Origin: an uncultured Alphaproteobacteria bacterium
GTDB lineage: Bacteria; Pseudomonadota; Alphaproteobacteria; RF32; CAG-239
Direction of reading: 5' to 3'
Assembly: GCA_910584385.1 (NCBI GenBank)
Contig: CAJUAK010000006.1
Span: 41,546-105,545 of the forward strand
Length of the DNA: 64,000 nucleotides
Shown: positions 58,369 through 64,000 of the stretch, one piece after another
Position numbering within the stretch: the first letter of the stretch is position 1
Layout of the letters: each line of letters begins with the position of its first letter
Position numbers and translations under genes: made by a program
Notes under the pieces: generated by a model
What the model was told of the DNA's origin: nothing
Databases searched by the model: none
What the model saw: the letters and a program-made list of their open reading frames with translations, nothing else

Positions 58369-61176
58369 TTAGGCGTCTTGTTCATCAACAACAGGTTCTG
58401 AAACAGGAGCTTCAGCATTATCGTCATCGGCAACGCTTTCGCCTAAGACTTCGCTTCCGGTTTCCTCTTCCAATTCCTCATCATCGCCTTCATCGGCATC
58501 CAACCAGGTTACGGAAACAACCTTTTCATTTTCTGCCGTGCGGAACAATATGACACCCTGGGTTTTTCTTCCGGCTATGCGGATATCGTCTACCGGCATG
58601 CGGATAAGCTTTCCGGCATCGGTTACCATCATAATCTGTTTTCCGGCTTCAATCGGGAAAGAGCTTGCAATCTCTTTGTTGCGCGCCGACATTTCCATAT
58701 TGGCGATGCCTTGTCCGCCGCGCCCCGTAACGCGATATTCATAAGAAGATGAACGCTTGCCGTAACCGGTTGTCGTTACAGATAAAATAAATTGTTCATT
58801 CTCTGCCATTTTCAAATATTCGTCAGCCGTCAAGGTTGAAAGCAGCCCTGTTTCTTCCGGCGTTACTTTTTCGCCGCAGCGTTCTGCCTCCATACGCTTA
58901 ATTGCAGAAGAAATTTTAGAATATTCGTCGCGCTGTTCGGAAGTTGCATCGCTGTGTTTTAAGACAGACATAGAAATAACTTCGTCATTCTCAGACAGTT
59001 TAATGCCTCGGACGCCGGTTGAATTTCTGCCGACAAATACGCGGACTTCCGTTACCGGGAAGCGGATGCATTTTCCGGATTTGGCCGCCAGCATTATATC
59101 ATTGTCTTCGTGGCAAATACGGACATTGACCAATTTGTCTCCGTCATCCAATTTCATGGCGATTTTACCGTTAGACTGGACGTTTACGAAATCCATCAGA
59201 GAATTGCGGCGGACATTTCCCTGCGCCGTGGCAAACATAATGGACATATCTTTGCATTCTGCTTCATTTTCCGGCAATTTCATAATCGTGGTAATATTTT
59301 CGCCTTCATCCAAGGGCAGCAGGTTAACAAAAGGCTTGCCTTTTGAAGTGGGCGACCCGAGAGGCAGCTTATAGACTTTCATCTTATAAACTAAACCTTT
59401 GGAAGAGAAGAACAAAACCGGCGTATGCGTACTGGCGACAAAGAGTCTGGTCACGAAATCTTCCTCTTTGGTTGCCATGCCGGATTTGCCTTTTCCGCCG
59501 CGTTTTTGAGCTTTATATGCGTTTAACGGAACACGTTTAATGTAACCGGCATCCGTTACCGTTACCACCATTTCTTCACGCTGAATCAGAGATTCGATAT
59601 CTTGGTCAAATTCGATATCTTCAATCTTGGTCAAGCGCGGCGTGGCATAATTGTCTTTTATGCGGACCAACTCATCGCGCATAATGCCGTAAAGCTTCTC
59701 GCGGCTTCCTAAAATGGACAGGCATTCTTTAATTTCTTCGCCAATCGTAATTAGTTCTTCGTGGATTTTATCACGTTCCAAACCGGTCAACCGCTGCAGT
59801 TTCAAGTCCAAGATAGCCTTGGCCTGAGCTTCGGATAAGCGGTAGGTTCCATTTTCAACCGCACGTCCCGGTTCATCAATCAATTTAACCAAAGCTTCCA
59901 CATCTCCTGCCGGCCAAGCCTTGCGCAGCAACGCATCTTTAGCATCCTGCGGCGTGGGGGATGTGCGGATTAATTCAATGACGGGATCAAGATTTTCTAC
60001 CGCGATTGCCAAACCAACCAAAGTATGTGCCCGGTCTCTGGCTTTATTTAATTCAAAAATTGTCCGGCGGCGGATAATTTCTTCACGAAACTCAATAAAG
60101 GCCTGGATAATTTCTTTTAAATTCATCATCATCGGGCGGCCATGGTTAATTGCCAGCATATTCATGCCAAAACTGGTTTGCAGCGGCGTATATTTATAAA
60201 GCTGGTTTAACACGACATCCGCCTGAAAATCGCGTTTGACCTCGATCACGACGCGGACGCCCTGACGGTCTGATTCATCGCGGATATCAGAAATGCCTTC
60301 CAGTTTCTTTTCTTTAACCAGTTCGGCAATCCGTTGAACCAACGAAGCTTTGTTAACCTGATAGGGAATTTCGTGGACAATGATGGCTTCTTTATCCTTA
60401 TGCAATTCTTCAATCGTGCATTTGGCGCGCATCATAACCGAACCGCGCCCGGTCAGATATGCTGATTTTGCACCGCCATAACCGAGAATCTGCCCGCCGG
60501 TCGGGAAATCAGGCCCCGGAACAATTGTAATGAGGTCTTCTATTGTGATATCAGGATTATCAATATAAGCACAGCAGGCATCGACAACTTCGCCCAAGTT
60601 ATGCGGCGGAATATTGGTTGCCATACCGACAGCGATACCATTTGCCCCATTTACAAGCAGGTTAGGATAGCTTGCCGGCAAAACAACCGGCTCTTGCAAG
60701 CTTTCATCATAGTTGGGCATGAAGTCAACGGTATCTTTATCAATATCGTCAATCAGCGAGTGGGCAACTTTGGCAAGCCTGGCTTCCGTATAACGCATTG
60801 CCGCGGCGCTGTCGCCATCCATGGAACCGAAGTTCCCCTGCCCGTCAACCAAAGTAACGCGCATGGAGAAAGGCTGCGCCATACGAACCATTGCCTCATA
60901 AACAGAGCTGTCGCCATGCGGGTGGTATTTACCGAGAACATCACCGACGATACGCGCCGATTTACGGAAAGGACGGTTGTAATCATAGCCATTTTCAAAC
61001 ATAGAATAAATAATGCGGCGATGCACGGGCTTCAAGCCGTCTCTTACATCCGGCAACGCGCGCGCCACGATAACGCTCATGGCATAATCCAGATAAGAAC
61101 GGCGCATTTCCTCGGTAATGGAAACCGGAGAAATGTCTTCTTTTTTATCTGTTACTTGTGTAAAATCTTCACTCAC
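58369..61176 (-). CDS. gyrA: DNA gyrase subunit A
   Basis: 935 aa with the active-site Tyr context [10 protein letters not shown], a QRDR-like region, C-terminal beta-pinwheel repeats and an acidic tail. Confidence 0.95.
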   Translation of the reverse strand: MSEDFTQVTDKKEDISPVSITEEMRRSYLDYAMSVIVARALPDVRDGLKPVHRRIIYSMFENGYDYNRPFRKSARIVGDVLGKYHPHGDSSVYEAMVRMAQPFSMRVTLVDGQGNFGSMDGDSAAAMRYTEARLAKVAHSLIDDIDKDTVDFMPNYDESLQEPVVLPASYPNLLVNGANGIAVGMATNIPPHNLGEVVDACCAYIDNPDITIEDLITIVPGPDFPTGGQILGYGGAKSAYLTGRGSVMMRAKCTIEELHKDKEAIIVHEIPYQVNKASLVQRIAELVKEKKLEGISDIRDESDRQGVRVVIEVKRDFQADVVLNQLYKYTPLQTSFGMNMLAINHGRPMMMNLKEIIQAFIEFREEIIRRRTIFELNKARDRAHTLVGLAIAVENLDPVIELIRTSPTPQDAKDALLRKAWPAGDVEALVKLIDEPGRAVENGTYRLSEAQAKAILDLKLQRLTGLERDKIHEELITIGEEIKECLSILGSREKLYGIMRDELVRIKDNYATPRLTKIEDIEFDQDIESLIQREEMVVTVTDAGYIKRVPLNAYKAQKRGGKGKSGMATKEEDFVTRLFVASTHTPVLFFSSKGLVYKMKVYKLPLGSPTSKGKPFVNLLPLDEGENITTIMKLPENEAECKDMSIMFATAQGNVRRNSLMDFVNVQSNGKIAMKLDDGDKLVNVRICHEDNDIMLAAKSGKCIRFPVTEVRVFVGRNSTGVRGIKLSENDEVISMSVLKHSDATSEQRDEYSKISSAIKRMEAERCGEKVTPEETGLLSTLTADEYLKMAENEQFILSVTTTGYGKRSSSYEYRVTGRGGQGIANMEMSARNKEIASSFPIEAGKQIMMVTDAGKLIRMPVDDIRIAGRKTQGVILFRTAENEKVVSVTWLDADEGDDEELEEETGSEVLGESVADDDNAEAPVSEPVVDEQDA

Positions 61177-61344
61177 TATTTTTTCCTCTTACTCATTCAA
61201 ACTGGCAAAAGAATAGCAGAATTCAAATTTTAAATCAGAGTTTTTTTGCATTTATGCCCAGATTAAAATGCCAATTTCCTCTCTACGGGCAAAAAAACGC
61301 CCTTAAAATCGATTTATTCAATTTTTAAGGCGCAAATCGTTAAC

Positions 61345-61490
61345 ATAGATATCCCCCAGTAAACAGGGGGTTCTATAGTCGCTACAAACCTAACGGTTTG
61401 ACCACGCTCGTTGGCGTGGAACGGTGTTGTTTCAACACCTTGGCATTCAGCCCCGAGTAAACTCGGGGTTTTCTGTAAGGCATTAATAAA
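61345..61490 (+). ncRNA. 146-bp structured repeat element, copy B
   Basis: About 93% identical to 35564-35709 and in the same orientation. Ends with the CCCCGAG-TAAA-CTCGGGG hairpin followed by a T-run. Sits in the gyrA-ssb intergenic region. Confidence 0.6.
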
Positions 61491-61493
61491 AAT

Positions 61494-61523
61494 GAAAAAA
61501 GCCCGTTTTAACGGGCTTTTTTT
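61494..61523. terminator. bidirectional terminator downstream of ssb
   Basis: GCCCGTT-TT-AACGGGC hairpin flanked by an A6 and a T7 run. Confidence 0.65.
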
Positions 61524-61537
61524 GAGATATCTTAAAA

Positions 61538-62005
61538 CTAGAACGGAATATCATCATCCAAATCCGCCGGAGCCGCCGCCGGAGAAGCATCCCATCCGGA
61601 ATTTGAAGCAGAACCGGAGAACACATCATTCCCGCCTGCGGGAACGCCGTCTCCACGGCCATCCAACATAACCAGATTTCCTGAGAAGTTTTGCAAAACA
61701 ACTTCCGTCGTATATTTTTCAGCGCCGGTATTATCCTCCCATTTGCGGGTTTGGAGCTGCCCTTCCAAATATACTTTTGAACCTTTGCGCAGATATTTTT
61801 CTGCAACTTCCGCCAATTGCGGATTAAAAATAACGACCCGGTGCCATTCGGTTCTTTCTTTGCGTTCGCCGCTGAGCTTGTCTTTCCAGTTATCTGTCGT
61901 TGCAACGCTTAAATTTACGATTTTAGCGCCGTTTGCCGTGTTGCTGACCCGGGGATCAGCGCCAAGATTGCCAACCAAAATGACTTTGTTAATGCTTCCT
62001 GCCAT
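61538..62005 (-). CDS. ssb: single-stranded DNA-binding protein
   Basis: Start at the Met of [17 protein letters not shown] fold, Gly-rich tail and C-terminal DDDIPF. Confidence 0.9.
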   Translation of the reverse strand: MAGSINKVILVGNLGADPRVSNTANGAKIVNLSVATTDNWKDKLSGERKERTEWHRVVIFNPQLAEVAEKYLRKGSKVYLEGQLQTRKWEDNTGAEKYTTEVVLQNFSGNLVMLDGRGDGVPAGGNDVFSGSASNSGWDASPAAAPADLDDDIPF

Positions 62006-62080
62006 AGTAAAAATTACCTTCAATAAATGTTAAAACTGCGGATGATTATATCGGATTTATTGTAAAGATGGAAATGAAAA

Positions 62081-63202
62081 TTAATAGACCTGTGTATATT
62101 CTCCGTCTTTCATAATACGATAAATGCCATAATTCAAATTCTGCTCATTTTCCCTCGGATAATGGACCATTTCGCCCCAAAGCGTGCTATAATAGTCATT
62201 TTCCAGGGATTTTGACAATTTGTTGTATTGAAAAGATTTGTTTCTGACAGCAATATCCTGCCACAGTTTAACCGCAGAATAGCTGTAAACGCCCAGGCCT
62301 TCCGGCTCTTTGCCAAGCAGGCGTATTTTAACCAGGGTTTCGGTAAAGGCCGGGTTGTCTTTTAAGGACGGCAAAGCCACAAAATAATTCCCTTCCGCCA
62401 GGCTTCCTAAATTTTCTGCATAATCAGGGCCGGCCAAATAGCGGTTGGTCAGAATAACAAAATTACGATTTTTGCGTTTTAAACGTCTGGATAATGCTTC
62501 AATATCTTCAGCATTGCCCAAAATATAGGCAATGCCGGCATCCATTCCGATTATTTCATCTGCCATTTCGCCGTATTCGCCATCATAATCGGCAAAGTTA
62601 AAAGTGCCCAGATTTTTAGACAATCCCCGGCTGCGAAATTCATTTTGCAAAGCCGCGGCAATGTCCACAACGTCCCTCATGCCACTGTCATACACCAATG
62701 CAAGGCGTTCATCCGCAAAATTTTGTTCATAAAAAGCAAAAACATCCTGGCTCTGGCGCTCCTGCCCGCCAACAAGCATAACCAGCCCCTTGTTTTTATT
62801 TAGCGCATTTTCCGAGTTTACGGCTGTCGGAATAATCTGAAAAACTTTTGCGTTGGCATATATATCGGAAACAGCGCCGAAAGAATTATGGCAGAAAGGG
62901 CCGATAACAACATTTATCTTATCTTCCAAAGAAGAATTAACCGCCATCATTTGCGCCGTGGAAACCGCCAGCAAATCATCACACTGGTCATCAACAACAA
63001 CCAGATTAATCCTTTCGCCGTTTACGCCGCCTTGAGAATTAACCTCGTCCACGGCTATTTTTGCCCCCTGCACCAATTCATCGCCGAAGGGTTTCAGTTC
63101 TCCGGCGCGCGGCGCAATAACGGCCATATTCATATCGGCAGCCGCCGATTGAATATTAAAGCCAACAACAAATAAAGTTATGTAGTATAATATTTTATGC
63201 AT
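62081..63202 (-). CDS. periplasmic substrate-binding protein, type I PBP (LivJ/LivK-like, branched-chain amino acid type)
   Basis: 373 aa with a signal peptide and overall similarity to the Leu/Ile/Val-binding protein family (GPFCHNS..., GLVMLVGG). No adjacent permease or ATPase genes. Confidence 0.7.
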   Translation of the reverse strand: MHKILYYITLFVVGFNIQSAAADMNMAVIAPRAGELKPFGDELVQGAKIAVDEVNSQGGVNGERINLVVVDDQCDDLLAVSTAQMMAVNSSLEDKINVVIGPFCHNSFGAVSDIYANAKVFQIIPTAVNSENALNKNKGLVMLVGGQERQSQDVFAFYEQNFADERLALVYDSGMRDVVDIAAALQNEFRSRGLSKNLGTFNFADYDGEYGEMADEIIGMDAGIAYILGNAEDIEALSRRLKRKNRNFVILTNRYLAGPDYAENLGSLAEGNYFVALPSLKDNPAFTETLVKIRLLGKEPEGLGVYSYSAVKLWQDIAVRNKSFQYNKLSKSLENDYYSTLWGEMVHYPRENEQNLNYGIYRIMKDGEYTQVY

Positions 63203-63328
63203 TTTATTTATTTTAGAATTTAACTGGTTGTTAATAGCATAAATTTTTATTTTTGCAAGTTTTTTATATTGACAAAAAAATGTTTTTTTGGCAATCTGCT
63301 CTCCATGCTTAAATTAAATTAGTTTATT

Positions 63329-63841
63329 ATGATACTCAAAACAAAAACGGCCTATCCATATAATAATGAAGGCCAGGTAAAAAATTGCGTTGCTCAAATG
63401 CTCGGGATTTCTCCCGAAGAATGCCAAGCACAGCTTGTAACTTCCATCGGCTGGAACGGAGAAAATTTTATTTCTTCAACCGATTGGAAGATTCAAACTC
63501 CTGACGGCATTTACGCCCTTCCTCCGGCGATGGTCCCCCAATATGAGACTTATGTCGCCCTGTATGGAGGCATGAATATTAAAATTAACTCTGAGACAAA
63601 GAAATGGCGGATTGGTTATGACAATAAAGAAGCCATCGTCCATATGCTGGACTCTTCTCTCACTTTTAATTTTTTGCCCGGTGAAAGAATAGAAATGCCA
63701 TATGCCGCAGACGCTTCTAAAATTTTGCTTTCCGATTGTCTGGTTACGCTCGTGGAAACTAAGTGGACAAGGAATTTTTTCATTGAAGAAGATGAAGCTG
63801 TTTACGGCGAATTTCTGAACGGAACCTTTTGGCCCGTCTGA
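63329..63841 (+). CDS. hypothetical protein
   Basis: 170-aa ORF. No family recognised. Confidence 0.4.
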   Translation: MILKTKTAYPYNNEGQVKNCVAQMLGISPEECQAQLVTSIGWNGENFISSTDWKIQTPDGIYALPPAMVPQYETYVALYGGMNIKINSETKKWRIGYDNKEAIVHMLDSSLTFNFLPGERIEMPYAADASKILLSDCLVTLVETKWTRNFFIEEDEAVYGEFLNGTFWPV

Positions 63842-64000
63842 ACCAATCTTTTTACCTTAAAATTATTACCATAACACGAAAAACACCCAAAAAAGGCCAT
63901 ATGCGAAATATGGTCTTTTTTTTGTTGCTATTTTGTTCTGCTGTTACTATATTATCCCTCTGAAAGGCAGGAAGAAATGAGCGAACATAAATTTATTGAA

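Noticed and set aside
1-64000. Search for CRISPR arrays, IS elements or transposases, integrases, and toxin-antitoxin or restriction-modification hallmarks.
   Set aside because: No regularly spaced direct repeats, no transposase or integrase-like ORFs, and no methyltransferase or nuclease pairs were seen. The only repeat family is the 146-bp element reported above.

Overview
This 64 kb window reads as a stretch of an alphaproteobacterial chromosome. I estimate GC at about 45% from sampled lines. The gene order matches alphaproteobacterial housekeeping loci: pyrG-secG-tpiA, plsX-fabH-ihfA-merR-tRNAPro, divergent mfd/recG, the bamA-rseP-cdsA-uppS-frr-pyrH block, plsY-dprA-topA, tig/clpP/clpX and gyrA-ssb. 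An OprB-type porin points toward an Acetobacteraceae-like or similar lineage. Coding density is high, and almost every gene is followed by a canonical hairpin plus T-run terminator, many of them bidirectional. I found no CRISPR array, IS element, integrase or rRNA. There are two tRNAs, Pro-GGG and Leu-UAG. Between the core genes sit several accessory or poorly characterised modules: (1) a three-gene module of a retropepsin-like aspartyl protease, a 7TM-anchored inactive-transglutaminase-like protein and a RimK-like ATP-grasp ligase, flanked by envelope genes (OprB porin, membrane NlpC/P60-like protein with a poly-Lys tail, cyclophilin with a Lys-rich repeat extension); (2) a UDP-galactopyranose-mutase-family flavoenzyme plus a GT-C membrane glycosyltransferase inserted between clpP and tig; (3) a structured 146-bp element in two ~93% identical copies, each ending in a terminator, and so a candidate multicopy sRNA or MITE, both at synteny breaks; (4) a small islet next to tRNA-Pro carrying an RcnR/DmeR-type repressor, a C-terminal-domain-less CDF metal exporter with a G-tract operator, tandem duplicated ArsB/NhaD-family permeases and several orphan membrane proteins or lipoproteins; it is bounded by an inverted degenerate copy of the tRNA-Pro 3' half; (5) several proteins with unusual low-complexity tails. 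All functional calls come from motif recognition by eye, and none were checked against a database.
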